A stretch of DNA of 32,000 nt from Delftia acidovorans NBRC 14950 (GTDB lineage Bacteria; Pseudomonadota; Gammaproteobacteria; Burkholderiales; Burkholderiaceae_C). A program made the position numbers and the translations under genes. Each line of letters begins with the position of its first letter. Positions within the stretch are counted from its first letter, which is position 1. Under the pieces are notes generated by a model, which was not told the origin of the DNA, searched no databases, and saw only the letters and a list, made by a program, of their open reading frames with translations. The DNA is taken from assembly GCF_001598795.1 (NCBI RefSeq), contig NZ_BCZP01000041.1, positions 2,529 to 34,528 on the forward strand, read 5' to 3'. Shown here piece by piece: positions 1 through 9,522 of the stretch.

Positions 1-2
1 GT

Positions 3-362
3 GTGCGCATGGAACAGGCCCAGGCGTCCAACGCCATTGCCGTGCCCCAGCAGGCGGTGACGCGCACCGAGACCGGCGACACCGTGAGCGTGGTCAGCGA
101 CGACGGCAAGATCACCAAGCGGCAGGTGAAGGTGACCACGGCCCAGAACAACCAGTGGCTGGTCAGCGAAGGCCTGCAGGCGGGCGAGAAGGTCATGGTC
201 GACGGCTTCCAGAAGCTGCAGATGCTGCCGCCCGGCACACCGGTCAAGCCCGTGCCCTGGCAGCCCGAGGCCGCAGGTGCCCAGAAGCCGGCCGGCGCGG
301 CAGCGCCAGCCCCGCAAGCCGCAGCCGACGCCAAGCCTGCGGACCAGGCAGACAAGAAGTAA
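3..362 (+). CDS. RND efflux periplasmic adaptor (membrane fusion protein, AcrA/MexA family), C-terminal fragment; gene starts upstream of the window
   Basis: Open frame from the window edge. The C-terminal beta-barrel/MP-domain-like sequence (QWLVSEGLQAGEKVMVDGFQKL) is followed by an Ala/Pro/Lys-rich tail. It ends 15 nt before the RND pump gene. The leading M in the ORF track is only an internal GTG. Confidence 0.85.
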   Translation: MRMEQAQASNAIAVPQQAVTRTETGDTVSVVSDDGKITKRQVKVTTAQNNQWLVSEGLQAGEKVMVDGFQKLQMLPPGTPVKPVPWQPEAAGAQKPAGAAAPAPQAAADAKPADQADKK

Positions 363-377
363 TCAAGGGGCTCAGCA

Positions 378-3300
378 ATGGCCAAGTTCTTTATCGACAG
401 ACCGATCTTTGCATGGGTCGTCGCGCTATTCATCATCGTCCTCGGTGGTATTGCGCTGACCAAGCTTCCGATCGCTCAATACCCCAAGGTGGCTCCTCCA
501 GCCATCGTCATCAACACCGCCTATCCAGGCGCGTCCGCGAAGGTGCTCGAAGACAGCGTGCTGTCCGTGATCGAGCGCGAGATGAACGGCTCGCCCGGTC
601 TGGTCTACATGGAGTCGGTGGCCCAGGCCGATGGCACGGGCAGCATCACCATCAGCTTCGAGGCTGGCACCAACGTGGACCTGGCGCAGGTGGACGTGCA
701 AAACCGCCTGTCGCGCGCCACGCCGCGCCTGCCTGCGTCCGTGACGCAGCAGGGCGTGCGCGTGGACAAGGCGTCGTCCAACTTCCTGCTGTTCATCATG
801 CTGTCGTCCGAGGACGCCAAGGCCTATGACACGGTGGCCCTGGGTGACTACGCCTCGCGCAACATCGTTCCCGAAATCCAGCGGGTGGCCGGCGTGGGCC
901 AGGCACAGCTGTTCGGCACCGAAAAGGCCATGCGCATCTGGTTCGATCCCGCCAAGCTGCAGGGCTACAAGCTCTCGGCCGAGGACGTGACGGCCGCCAT
1001 CCGCAGCCAGAACGCCCAGGTGGCCAGCGGCGCCATCGGTGACCTGCCCAACATCACGGGCCAGAAGATCGCCGCCACGGTGACGGTGATGGGCCAGCTG
1101 TCTTCGATCGACCAGTTCGAGAACATCGTGCTGCGCGCCAATCCCGATGGCTCCACCGTGCGCCTCAAGGACGTGGCCACCATCGAGATCGGCGGCCAGG
1201 CCTACGCGACCTCCGCCCGCCTGAACGGCAAGGATGCCGTGGGTATCGGCGTCCAGCTGACGCCCAGCGGCAATGCGCTGGCGACCGCCAAGGCCGTGCA
1301 TGCGCGCATGGAAGAGCTGCAGAAGTTTTTCCCCAAGGGCGTGAAGTACTCCATTCCCTACGACAGCTCCAAGTTCGTGAGCATCTCCATCGAGAAGGTG
1401 GCCCACACGCTGCTGGAAGCCATCGTGCTGGTGTTCCTGGTGATGTACCTGTTCCTGCAGAACTGGCGCTACACGCTGATCCCGACCATCGTGGTGCCCA
1501 TTGCACTGCTGGGCACCTTCGCGGTCATGCAGGCCGTGGGCTTCTCGATCAACGTGCTGGCCATGTTCGGCATGGTGCTGGTCATCGGCATCGTGGTGGA
1601 TGACGCCATCGTGGTGGTGGAGAACGTCGAGCGCATCATGAGCGAGGAAGGCCTGCCGCCGCGCGAAGCCGCGATCAAGGCCATGGGCCAGATCTCGGGC
1701 GCCATCGTGGGCATTACGCTGGTGCTGATCGCGGTGTTCATACCGTTGGCCTTCTTCGCGGGGTCCACCGGCAATATCTACCGGCAGTTCTCCATCGTGA
1801 TGGTGGCCTCCATCAGCTTCTCGGCCTTCATGGCGCTGACGCTGACACCGGCCCTGTGCGCAACGCTGCTCAAGCCTGTGGAAGCCGGTCACAACCACGA
1901 GAAGAAGGGCTTCTTCGGCTGGTTCAACCGCACGTTCGCACGCTCGGCCAAGTCCTATGAAGGCTGGGTGGCCCGACTGCTCAAGCGCTCGGTGCTGATG
2001 ATCGGCGTGTACCTGGCCGTGATCGCGGGCGCCGTGGTGGTGTTCCGTGGCCTGCCGACCTCCTTCCTGCCGACCGAGGACCAGGGCTACTTCATCGTCA
2101 ACGTGCAACTGCCCCCTGGCGCCGCCAAGGAGCGCACGCTGGAGGTGATGAAGCAGGTGGAAGAAGCCGTGCTGCCGCAGCCCGAAGTGGCCAACATGGT
2201 CAGCGTGCTGGGCTTCAGCTTCTCCGGCCAGGGCCAGAATGCCGCCCTCGCCTTCGTGCCGCTCAAGGACTGGTCCGAGCGCAAGGGAGCGAACTCCACG
2301 GTGGACGCCATGACGGGCCGCATCATGGGCATGACGTCGGGCATCCGCGATGCCTTCGTGTTCGCCGTGAACCCGCCGCCCATTCCCGAACTGGGCAACG
2401 CCGTGGGCTTCTCGTTCCGCCTGCAGGACCGTGCCGGCCACGGACACGATGCGCTGATCAATGCCCGCAACATGATGCTGGGCATGGCCGGGCAAAGCAA
2501 GGTGCTGGCCGGCGTGCGTCCCGATGGTCTGGAGGACGCGCCCCAGCTGCGCATCGAGATCGACCGCGACAAGGCCAACGCCCTGGGCGTGGACTTCACC
2601 TCGATCAATGCCGCACTGTCCACGGCGCTGGGCTCATCCTACGTCAATGACTTCCCCAACCAGGGTCGTCTGCAGCGCGTGATCGTGCAGGCCGATGCTC
2701 CGGCCCGCATGCAGCCCGACGACCTGCTGCGCCTGAACGCGCGCAACGCCAAGGGCGATCCGGTGCCGCTGTCCACGTTCGCGACCACCAAGTGGGTCAA
2801 GGGCGCCCAGCAGACGGTGCGCTACAACGGCTACCCGGCCGTGCGCATCGAAGGCTCGGCCGCACCGGGCTTCAGCTCGGGCGATGCCATGGACGAGATG
2901 GAAAAGCTGGCCGCCAAGCTGCCCGAAGGCTTCGGCTTCGAGTGGACCGGCCAGTCGCGTGAGGAAAAGCTGGCGGGTTCGCAAGCCATCTTCCTGTACG
3001 CCTTCGCCATCCTGGCCGTGTTCCTGTGCCTGGCCGCCCTGTACGAGAGCTGGTCCATCCCGCTGTCGGTGATTCTGGTCGTGCCGCTAGGTCTGCTGGG
3101 CGTGGTGCTTGCCACCTTGCTGCGCAACTACTCCAACGACGTGTACTTCCAGATCGGACTGGTGACGGTGATCGGCCTGTCGGCGAAGAACGCGATCTTG
3201 ATCGTGGAGTTCGCCAAGGACCTGCAGGCCGAAGGCAAGGGACTGATCGAGGCTGCGCTGGAAGCCGCCCACCTGCGGTTCCGCCCCATCATCATGACCT

Positions 3301-3533
3301 CGCTGGCCTTCGGCCTGGGCGTGGTGCCTCTGGTGATCGCCACGGGCGCGAGCTCGGCCAGCCAGCGTGCCATCGGCACCGGCGTGCTCGGCGGCATGAT
3401 CACCGGCACCGTGCTGGCCGTGCTGTTCGTGCCCACCTTCTTCGTCGTGGTGCGCAAGCTGTTCAAGGGCAAGATCAAAACGCACAACCCGCCGTCCACA
3501 CCGGCCGGCAAGGAGGCCTTGAGCCATGATTAA
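378..3533 (+). CDS. RND multidrug efflux pump, inner-membrane permease (HAE1 family, AcrB/MexB-like), 1051 aa
   Basis: Canonical N-terminus MAKFFIDRPIFAWVVALFIIVLGG. Length and 12-TM/large-loop organisation are typical of AcrB/MexB. It is flanked by adaptor and OMF genes. Confidence 0.97.
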   Translation: MAKFFIDRPIFAWVVALFIIVLGGIALTKLPIAQYPKVAPPAIVINTAYPGASAKVLEDSVLSVIEREMNGSPGLVYMESVAQADGTGSITISFEAGTNVDLAQVDVQNRLSRATPRLPASVTQQGVRVDKASSNFLLFIMLSSEDAKAYDTVALGDYASRNIVPEIQRVAGVGQAQLFGTEKAMRIWFDPAKLQGYKLSAEDVTAAIRSQNAQVASGAIGDLPNITGQKIAATVTVMGQLSSIDQFENIVLRANPDGSTVRLKDVATIEIGGQAYATSARLNGKDAVGIGVQLTPSGNALATAKAVHARMEELQKFFPKGVKYSIPYDSSKFVSISIEKVAHTLLEAIVLVFLVMYLFLQNWRYTLIPTIVVPIALLGTFAVMQAVGFSINVLAMFGMVLVIGIVVDDAIVVVENVERIMSEEGLPPREAAIKAMGQISGAIVGITLVLIAVFIPLAFFAGSTGNIYRQFSIVMVASISFSAFMALTLTPALCATLLKPVEAGHNHEKKGFFGWFNRTFARSAKSYEGWVARLLKRSVLMIGVYLAVIAGAVVVFRGLPTSFLPTEDQGYFIVNVQLPPGAAKERTLEVMKQVEEAVLPQPEVANMVSVLGFSFSGQGQNAALAFVPLKDWSERKGANSTVDAMTGRIMGMTSGIRDAFVFAVNPPPIPELGNAVGFSFRLQDRAGHGHDALINARNMMLGMAGQSKVLAGVRPDGLEDAPQLRIEIDRDKANALGVDFTSINAALSTALGSSYVNDFPNQGRLQRVIVQADAPARMQPDDLLRLNARNAKGDPVPLSTFATTKWVKGAQQTVRYNGYPAVRIEGSAAPGFSSGDAMDEMEKLAAKLPEGFGFEWTGQSREEKLAGSQAIFLYAFAILAVFLCLAALYESWSIPLSVILVVPLGLLGVVLATLLRNYSNDVYFQIGLVTVIGLSAKNAILIVEFAKDLQAEGKGLIEAALEAAHLRFRPIIMTSLAFGLGVVPLVIATGASSASQRAIGTGVLGGMITGTVLAVLFVPTFFVVVRKLFKGKIKTHNPPSTPAGKEALSHD

Positions 3534-4983
3534 TCGCAGTACCCCGGTGGCCATCGCCACCGCCGTGCTCCTGGCGGGATGCTCGCTCATCCCCACCTAC
3601 GAGCGCCCTGCCGCTCCGGTCGCGGCGCAGTACACCCGCGCGAACGCCACCGCTGCGGCGGAAGGCGGCACGGCTGCAGCGCAGCTGCCCTGGCAGGATT
3701 TCTTCCAGGACGCACGCCTGCAGCAGCTGGTTCGCACCGCGCTGGACAACAACCGTGACCTGCGCGTGGCTGCGCTCAACATCGAGCGCGCCCAGGCCCA
3801 GTACCGGATCACGCGCGCCGACCAGTTCCCGACGGTCGGTGCAGGCGTCAACGCCAGCCGCGCCCCGAACACCACGGGCTCGGGCACCAAGTACGTCAAC
3901 AGCTACCAGGTCGGCCTGGCCGTCACCTCGTGGGAGCTGGACTTCTTCGGCCGCATCGGCAGCCTGAAGGAAGCCGCCCTGGCCCAGTACCTGGCGACCG
4001 AGGAAGCTCGCCGCGCCGCGCAGACCAGCCTGGTGGCCGCTGTGGCCAGCGGCTGGTACACGCTGCTGGCCGACGAGCAACTGCTGAAGATCTCGCGCGA
4101 CACGCTGCGGACCCGTGAAGAGTCGATCAAGCTGACCAAGCTGCGCTTCGACACGGGCGTGGCGTCCGAGCTGGACTACCGCCAGGCCGTCTCGCTGACC
4201 GAGGCTGCACGCGCCACGCTGGCGCAGCAGCAGCGCCAGCGCGCCCTGGATGAAAACGCCCTGGTGCTGCTGCTGGGCCAGTCCCTGCCAGCGGACGTGC
4301 TCGCCAGCCTGGGCTCCAGCCAGGGCCTGCGCGACACGGCCGACCTGCCCGCCGTGCCGGCCGGCCTGCCTTCAGACCTGCTCACACAGCGGCCCGACAT
4401 TCGCCAGGCCGAGCAGCAGCTGATCAGTACCAACGCCAACATCGGTGCCGCGCGTGCCGCCTTCTTCCCGCGCATCACGTTGACGGGGCAGTTCGGCACG
4501 GCCAGCAACGAGCTGTCGGGCCTGTTCAAGAGCGGCAGCTGGGGCTTCACCCTCGCGCCATCCGCCCTCCTGCCCATCTTCGATGCGGGCCGCAATTCGG
4601 CCAATCTGGCTGCTGCCAAGGTCGAGCGCGAAGTGGCCATCGCCCAGTACGAGAAGTCCATCCAGAGCGCCTTCCGCGAGGTCTCCGACGCACTGGACAG
4701 CCAGGGCACGCTGCGTGACCAGATCATGGCCCAGCGCGCCCAGCTCGAAGCCGAGCAGGCGCGCCTGAAGCTGTCCGACCTGCGCTACAGCAACGGCGTG
4801 GCCAGCTACCTGGACCTGCTGGATGCACAGCGCACCCTGTTCGCGCTGGAGCAGTCCACCGTGAGCGTGCGTCTGGCGCAGTTGCTCAACCAGATCGAGC
4901 TGTACAAGGCACTGGGCGGCGGCTGGACCGACAGGACAGCGACAGCAGCGGCAGCCACGCCGGCTCCCGCGCCCGCGCAGTAA
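3526..4983 (+). CDS. RND efflux outer-membrane factor lipoprotein (NodT/OprM family), 485 aa
   Basis: 8-nt overlap with the pump gene (ATG 3526, pump stop 3531-3533). Lipobox LLAGC|S. OprM-type repeats are present (WQDFFQD, DLRVAALNIERA, LDYRQA, ELYKALGGGW). Confidence 0.95.
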   Translation: MINRSTPVAIATAVLLAGCSLIPTYERPAAPVAAQYTRANATAAAEGGTAAAQLPWQDFFQDARLQQLVRTALDNNRDLRVAALNIERAQAQYRITRADQFPTVGAGVNASRAPNTTGSGTKYVNSYQVGLAVTSWELDFFGRIGSLKEAALAQYLATEEARRAAQTSLVAAVASGWYTLLADEQLLKISRDTLRTREESIKLTKLRFDTGVASELDYRQAVSLTEAARATLAQQQRQRALDENALVLLLGQSLPADVLASLGSSQGLRDTADLPAVPAGLPSDLLTQRPDIRQAEQQLISTNANIGAARAAFFPRITLTGQFGTASNELSGLFKSGSWGFTLAPSALLPIFDAGRNSANLAAAKVEREVAIAQYEKSIQSAFREVSDALDSQGTLRDQIMAQRAQLEAEQARLKLSDLRYSNGVASYLDLLDAQRTLFALEQSTVSVRLAQLLNQIELYKALGGGWTDRTATAAAATPAPAPAQ

Positions 4984-5017
4984 GACCCAAGGCAGGCATC
5001 TGCCGCGCCAACCGCAC

Positions 5018-5053
5018 AGAGGTGTTCTCCGCAAGTTGAACACCTCTTTTTTA
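5018..5053 (+). terminator. Rho-independent terminator of the RND operon
   Basis: 9-bp stem AGAGGTGTT (5018-5026) / AACACCTCT (5039-5047) followed by a T-run, 35 nt after the OMF stop. Confidence 0.8.
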
Positions 5054-5133
5054 TGGCGCGCGGAAAGCATTTGCCATTTGCTTGATCCATCTCATGGCAT
5101 ATGTGCGCCCCAGGTCAACCCGGGTCTGCGCGC

Positions 5134-5162
5134 AGTGTCTGCAAGAGGCCCGTCGATATAAT
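5134..5162 (+). promoter_or_regulatory. Possible sigma70 promoter of the cytochrome c5 gene
   Basis: Perfect TATAAT at 5157-5162, about 40 nt upstream of ATG 5202. The -35 is weak (GTGTCT-like). Sequence pattern only. Confidence 0.3.
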
Positions 5163-5201
5163 TTGTTGTTGACTCACGCCCCCACAACACAAGAGGACTT
5201 C

Positions 5202-5744
5202 ATGAGCGCAACCCACACCGAAGAAGCCCATACGGGCCCGATCAAGAACCCCAAGCAGCTGCTGATGGCGGTGTTTTTCTCGTTCGTGGTTCCGGTGTTC
5301 GTGATCATCGGCCTCGTGCAATACGTGAGTTCGGCCGACAAGGCCGGCGCCGGCGCTTCCCAGACCGAAATGGCCAAGGCCCAGCGGCTGCAGAAAATCG
5401 GCCTCGTGGAAATCCGGGATGCCAATCGCCCGCTGCGCTCGGGTGAAGAAGTCTTCAAGGGCCAATGCGCGGCCTGCCATGCCACAGGTGCCGCAGGTGC
5501 TCCCAAGTTCGCGGATGCAGCGGCCTGGGGCCCGCGCCTGGCACAAGGTCTGGAAGGTCTGGTGCACTCGGCCCTCAAGGGCAAGGGAGCGATGGCGCCT
5601 CAAGGCGGCGGCGATTTCAACGACACCGAAATTGCCCGTGGCGTGGTCTACATGACCAATGCCGCAGGTGGCAAGTTTGAAGAACCCAAGGCCCCGGCCG
5701 CAGAAGGCGCTGCAGCAGAAGGTGCAGCGGCACCCGCCAACTGA
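5202..5744 (+). CDS. Membrane-anchored monoheme cytochrome c (c5/class I family), 180 aa
   Basis: Start moved to ATG 5202, which has an AAGAGGA RBS at 5191-5197. N-terminal TM helix LLMAVFFSFVVPVFVIIGLV. Heme motif CAACH. Downstream methionine-ligand region GKGAMAPQGG. Ala/Glu-rich tail. Confidence 0.9.
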   Translation: MSATHTEEAHTGPIKNPKQLLMAVFFSFVVPVFVIIGLVQYVSSADKAGAGASQTEMAKAQRLQKIGLVEIRDANRPLRSGEEVFKGQCAACHATGAAGAPKFADAAAWGPRLAQGLEGLVHSALKGKGAMAPQGGGDFNDTEIARGVVYMTNAAGGKFEEPKAPAAEGAAAEGAAAPAN

Positions 5745-5768
5745 GCAAGGCCCAGGATGTCTGGCACC

Positions 5769-5790
5769 AACCGGCTTCGGCCGGTTTTTT
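5769..5790 (+). terminator. Rho-independent terminator of the cytochrome c5 gene
   Basis: AACCGGC-TTCG-GCCGGTT followed by a T-run. On the minus strand the hairpin lacks a following T-run, so it is directional. Confidence 0.75.
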
Positions 5791-6350
5791 CATGCCCGGG
5801 CCGGACTGCGCACAAAACCGTAGCGTTGCGGCAACGTCTGTGCCGGCACCTCTTCACAGGCAGGCAGCATGCTGGCGTCCAGCGCGGCAGCGGCATCGAC
5901 CATGTCCTGCGTATGGACCAGGCCCAGGCCGGAGGGCATGGCCAGATACAGGCGCCCTGTCTCATCCATCAAAACCGCCTTGATGGCTGCGGCCTGCAGC
6001 TCTGCCCCTGTGTGGCTGTGCACCTGCAGGCGCTCGCCATCCCAGCGCAGCCGCCATATCCAGGGTGTGCTTTCCAGTTCCACATACACGCGCTGGGGAC
6101 CATTCTGGAAAAACCACCGACCGTCGGGCTCGGCAAGATAGTTGCGGGCAATGAAGTCCGCCAGCTTTTCGTTGCGCACCTCCGCGCCCTTGGCTCCCGG
6201 GATGCCGCTGTCGAAAGCGCCGCAGGCCTGGGCCTCTTCATCGCGCAGATACCAGCGCCCGCGCTCGTCCAGCCCCAGCCAGCCGCTGCAGGCGGGCACA
6301 TGGGGCCATTTGGCCATGGCCTGCTTCACGATATCGTCCATTGCATTCAT
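5790..6350 (-). CDS. Conserved hypothetical protein, 186 aa (N-terminal KWPHVPACSGWLGLDERGRWYLR motif)
   Basis: Start taken at ATG 6350, which overlaps the upstream hydrolase stop as ATGA (6347-6350). The longer ORF-track N-terminus (Arg/Ala-rich) lies inside the hydrolase gene. I recognise no catalytic motif. Confidence 0.7.
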   Translation of the reverse strand: MNAMDDIVKQAMAKWPHVPACSGWLGLDERGRWYLRDEEAQACGAFDSGIPGAKGAEVRNEKLADFIARNYLAEPDGRWFFQNGPQRVYVELESTPWIWRLRWDGERLQVHSHTGAELQAAAIKAVLMDETGRLYLAMPSGLGLVHTQDMVDAAAALDASMLPACEEVPAQTLPQRYGFVRSPARA

Positions 6351-7333
6351 CCTTGTTCGCTGTCTGCCAGCCACTGCGTGACGGCCTGCGGCATGCCCAG
6401 TACATGCCCTGGCCAATGTCCCTGTGCAAAACCCACATGACCGCCGTGCGGCGGTTGCCACAGCGTAACCCGTGGGCCGACCTCGCCTGGCCCTGGCAGG
6501 CTGCATGCAGGGACAAAGGGATCGTCCAGCGCATTGAGCAGCAGCGCAGGCACGGCAATGCTGCCCAGCACAGGCTTGGCTGCCGCCCGGCGCCAGTAGT
6601 CGTGCGCATCGAGAAAGCCATGCACGGGTGCCGTGAACGCGTCATCGAACTCCTTCAGATCGCGCGCGCGCACCGCGGCATCGCGGTCGAAGAGGCCGGG
6701 AAATTGCGCCCATTTGACCCGCGCCTTGGGCACCAGCGTGCGCAGGAACATGCGTGTGTAGATCCAGCGGTTCAGACCCTGCCCCAGCGCCATGCCGCCA
6801 GCCGCCAGGTCCAGCGGCGCACTCACCGCCGCCAGGGCCTGGACCACCTCGGCCGCCTTGTCTGCCTGCAGACCGGCCCAGCGCGCAAGCGCATTGCCGC
6901 CCAGGGAAACACCCACGACATGGAGCGGGCGGGAAGACCGTGCGCGCAGGCGGCGCAGTATCCAGTCCACCTCCTGCACATCGCCCGAGTGATAGGCGCG
7001 CGGGCCCCGGTTGACCTCGCCGCTGCAGCCGCGAAAGTGCGGCACGGCCATGTGCCAGCCACGCTGCGCGGCCACCCAGGCCATGGCCTGGGCATAGTGG
7101 CTGTTCGCCGAGCCTTCAAGGCCATGGAAAAGCACCAGCCATGGCGCGTCGGCAGGCAGGGTGGAAGCACCGCCGAAGGCGACATCGATGAAGTCGCCAT
7201 CCGGGGTATCCCAGCGCTCCCAGCGCCAGGCGGGCGCCGCCTGGCCCACCGGCCAGCGGCGCGCGAACAGTGCCGGCCAGATGGTCTGGGCGTGGCCCCC
7301 GGGCAACCAGCGCGCCGCCGTGAATTCGTGCAT
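6347..7333 (-). CDS. Alpha/beta-fold hydrolase, YheT-like esterase family, 328 aa
   Basis: Start trimmed to ATG 7333 (MHEFTAARWLPGGHAQTIWP, the typical YheT N-terminus). HG oxyanion motif LFHGLEGS. Nucleophile elbow GVSLGG. C-terminal GGHVGF His region. Confidence 0.88.
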   Translation of the reverse strand: MHEFTAARWLPGGHAQTIWPALFARRWPVGQAAPAWRWERWDTPDGDFIDVAFGGASTLPADAPWLVLFHGLEGSANSHYAQAMAWVAAQRGWHMAVPHFRGCSGEVNRGPRAYHSGDVQEVDWILRRLRARSSRPLHVVGVSLGGNALARWAGLQADKAAEVVQALAAVSAPLDLAAGGMALGQGLNRWIYTRMFLRTLVPKARVKWAQFPGLFDRDAAVRARDLKEFDDAFTAPVHGFLDAHDYWRRAAAKPVLGSIAVPALLLNALDDPFVPACSLPGPGEVGPRVTLWQPPHGGHVGFAQGHWPGHVLGMPQAVTQWLADSEQG

Positions 7334-7481
7334 AAAAGCCCTGTTAGCAGTCCTTGCCACACCGCTGCGCAATGGCCTTTGCCCTACATGGCAGCAGGCC
7401 GGGCGCGCAGCACAATCGCCAGCATTGCGCATGCATCGTGCGCGATACTGTTTTCCATTGTCGCTTTCAGGTTGCCATCTT

Positions 7482-8069
7482 ATGAAACGTCTACTCGCCA
7501 CGCTTGCCACCGTCCTGGCATTGACCGGCTGCGGCTACAACGACTTCCAACGTCTTGACGAACAGACCAAGTCGGCCTGGAGCGAGGTGCTCAACCAGTA
7601 CCAGCGCCGTGCCGACCTGGTGCCCAACATCGTGGCCTCGGTCAAGGGCGAGGCCAATTTCGAGCAGGAAACCCTGACCAAGGTGGTGGAGGCACGCGCG
7701 AAGGCCACCTCCATCCAGGCCACGCCCGAGCTGGTCAACAACCCCGAGGCCTTCAACAAGTTCCAACAGGCGCAGGGCGAGCTGTCCAGTGCCCTGTCGC
7801 GGCTGATGGTGGTGGCCGAGCGCTATCCCCAGCTGCAGGCCAACCAGGGCTTCCGCGACCTGCGCGTGACGCTGGAGGGCACGGAGAACCGCATCACCGT
7901 GGCGCGCAACCAGTACATCCAGGCCGTGCAGTCCTACAACGTGCTGGCGCGCAGCTTTCCGACCAATCTGACGGCCAAGGTCTTCAGCTACGAACCCAAG
8001 CCCAGCTTCAGCGTGCAGAACGAGGCCGAAATCTCCCGCCCGCCCACGGTGGACTTCGGCAACAAGTAA
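7482..8069 (+). CDS. lemA: LemA family lipoprotein, 195 aa
   Basis: Start at ATG 7482 (MKRLLATLATVLALTGC lipobox). LemA signature region: NDFQRLDEQTKSAWSEVLNQYQRRADLVPNIV...RYPQLQANQGFRDL. Confidence 0.92.
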   Translation: MKRLLATLATVLALTGCGYNDFQRLDEQTKSAWSEVLNQYQRRADLVPNIVASVKGEANFEQETLTKVVEARAKATSIQATPELVNNPEAFNKFQQAQGELSSALSRLMVVAERYPQLQANQGFRDLRVTLEGTENRITVARNQYIQAVQSYNVLARSFPTNLTAKVFSYEPKPSFSVQNEAEISRPPTVDFGNK

Positions 8070-8078
8070 GCCGTGACC

Positions 8079-8978
8079 ATGTCCCTGGTGCCACTGTGGC
8101 GCATGCTTTGCGCCCTTGCCCTGACCATGCTGCTGCTGCCCGGGAGCACGCTGGCGCAGGCGCCGCAGCCCGTGCCGGCCCTCTCGGCTCGGCTCATCGA
8201 CCAGACGGGCACGCTGTCGGCCGATGAGGCACGCACCATTGAAGACAGGCTGCGTGGCATCGAACAGAAGTCGGGCTCGCAGGTCGTCGTGCTGATGGTG
8301 GCCACCACCGCGCCCGAAGACATTGCCGCCTATGCCTGGCGCGTGGCCAGTGACTGGAAGATCGGCCGCCGCGACGTGGGCGACGGCCTGTTGGTGGTGA
8401 TTGCCAAGAACGACAGGCGCATGCGCATGGAAGTGGCCCGCGCGCTGGAAGGCGCGATCCCCGACCTGGCGGCCGCGCGCATCATCGACCAGCAGATGGC
8501 ACCACGCTTTCGCCAGGGAGACTATGCGGGCGGCATCACCGCTGCGCTGGACCAGGTGGCAGCGCGCATTGCGGGCGAGCAACTGCCGGCGCCCTCCTCC
8601 AGCCCCCAGTCTTCCAAAAGCCCGGACAGGGGCTTCGACATGGAAGACCTGATGCTGTTCTTCTTCTTCGGCGTGGCCGTGGTCGGCCCCATCCTGCGCT
8701 CGGTACTGGGCCGGCCGCTGGCCTCCGTGCTGGCGGGGGTAGGCGCCGGCATTGCCGCCTATGTGGTGACGGCCAGTCTGCTCGTCGCCGCAGGAGCGGG
8801 AGTCGTCGCGCTGCTGTTCACCCTGCTGGGAAGCGGCCGCTCCGGCAGGGGTGGCGGCGGTGGGTGGGGCGGTGGTGGCGGCTTTGGCGGAGGCGGCGGC
8901 CGTAGCGGTGGCGGCGGGGGCTTCAGCTCCGGCAGAGGCGGCAGTTTCGGGGGCGGCGGCGCCTCGGGGAGTTGGTGA
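8079..8978 (+). CDS. TPM-domain protein (YgcG-like): signal peptide, TPM domain, TM segments, Gly-rich tail
   Basis: ATG 8079 (a GTG at 8073 is an alternative start), 10 nt after the lemA stop. Signal peptide ends in LAQA. TPM core: LIDQTGTLS...QVVVLMV...GLLVVIAKNDRRMRMEV. C-terminus has hydrophobic helices, then a GGGGWGGGGGFGGGGG tail. Confidence 0.9.
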   Translation: MSLVPLWRMLCALALTMLLLPGSTLAQAPQPVPALSARLIDQTGTLSADEARTIEDRLRGIEQKSGSQVVVLMVATTAPEDIAAYAWRVASDWKIGRRDVGDGLLVVIAKNDRRMRMEVARALEGAIPDLAAARIIDQQMAPRFRQGDYAGGITAALDQVAARIAGEQLPAPSSSPQSSKSPDRGFDMEDLMLFFFFGVAVVGPILRSVLGRPLASVLAGVGAGIAAYVVTASLLVAAGAGVVALLFTLLGSGRSGRGGGGGWGGGGGFGGGGGRSGGGGGFSSGRGGSFGGGGASGSW

Positions 8979-8979
8979 G

Positions 8980-9522
8980 ATGGGGGCTGCAATCACAGGC
9001 TTTGTTCAGCGTCTGATCCGGCTGCTGCGCCACCATTGGGCCGAAGGGCAGCTGCGGCGTGCACTCCCGCCTGAAAGCCTGGCGGAGCTGGAGCGCCTGA
9101 TCACCATGAGCGAGCAGCGCCATACAGGCCAGATTCGCATCTGCGTCGAACCCGGACTGCCGCCCAGCTACCTGTGGCGCGACGCCACGCCGCGCGAGCG
9201 CGCCATCACGCTGTTCGGCAAGCTGCGCGTCTGGGATACCGAACACAACAACGGTGCCCTGATCTATCTGCTGCTGGCCGACCACGCCATCGAAATCGTC
9301 GCCGACCGCGCCCTGGCGCGCACCCTGCCGGCGGAACAATGGCAAACGCTGATCAGCGACATGGGTGCCGCCTTTCAGGGCGGCCATTACGCCATGGGCA
9401 TGACAGCAGCCCTGGAGCGCGTGAGCCTGCTGCTTGAAACCAACTTTCCGCGTGACCCGCTGCAGCCTGTGCACGATGGCAGCGACAATCTTCCCGATGC
9501 TGTCGTGATACAGCACCACTGA
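8980..9522 (+). CDS. TPM-domain protein, cytoplasmic type, 180 aa
   Basis: ATG 8980 lies 1 nt after the previous stop (TGA 8976-8978). Motifs HTGQIRICVE...NNGALIYLLLADHAIEIVAD fit the TPM/DUF477 fold. The ORF-track N-terminal extension lies in the Gly-rich tail of the upstream gene. Confidence 0.85.
   Translation: MGAAITGFVQRLIRLLRHHWAEGQLRRALPPESLAELERLITMSEQRHTGQIRICVEPGLPPSYLWRDATPRERAITLFGKLRVWDTEHNNGALIYLLLADHAIEIVADRALARTLPAEQWQTLISDMGAAFQGGHYAMGMTAALERVSLLLETNFPRDPLQPVHDGSDNLPDAVVIQHH

Noticed and set aside
426-2495. 689-aa ORF on the minus strand, antisense to the RND pump gene
   Set aside because: It lies entirely inside and antisense to a clearly genuine AcrB-like gene. Its His/Gly/Arg/Ala/Asp-rich low-complexity composition is typical of stop-poor antisense frames in high-GC DNA. 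It has no RBS and no recognisable motif.
6341-7558. 405-aa plus-strand ORF antisense to the YheT-like hydrolase
   Set aside because: The hydrolase on the other strand has the HG and GxSxG motifs. This frame has an Arg/Ala/Gly/His-rich composition and no motifs.
8820-8975. GGC/GGT-rich tract that could be mistaken for a tandem or CRISPR-like repeat
   Set aside because: It is in frame and encodes the Gly-rich C-terminal tail typical of YgcG-type TPM proteins. It has no regular repeat-spacer periodicity.
7491-8996. 501-aa minus-strand ORF antisense to the lemA/TPM genes, and the poly-Pro ORF at 8759-8992
   Set aside because: Both are antisense to well-supported genes. The Pro-rich ORF is simply the complement of the GGC-rich Gly-tail coding sequence.
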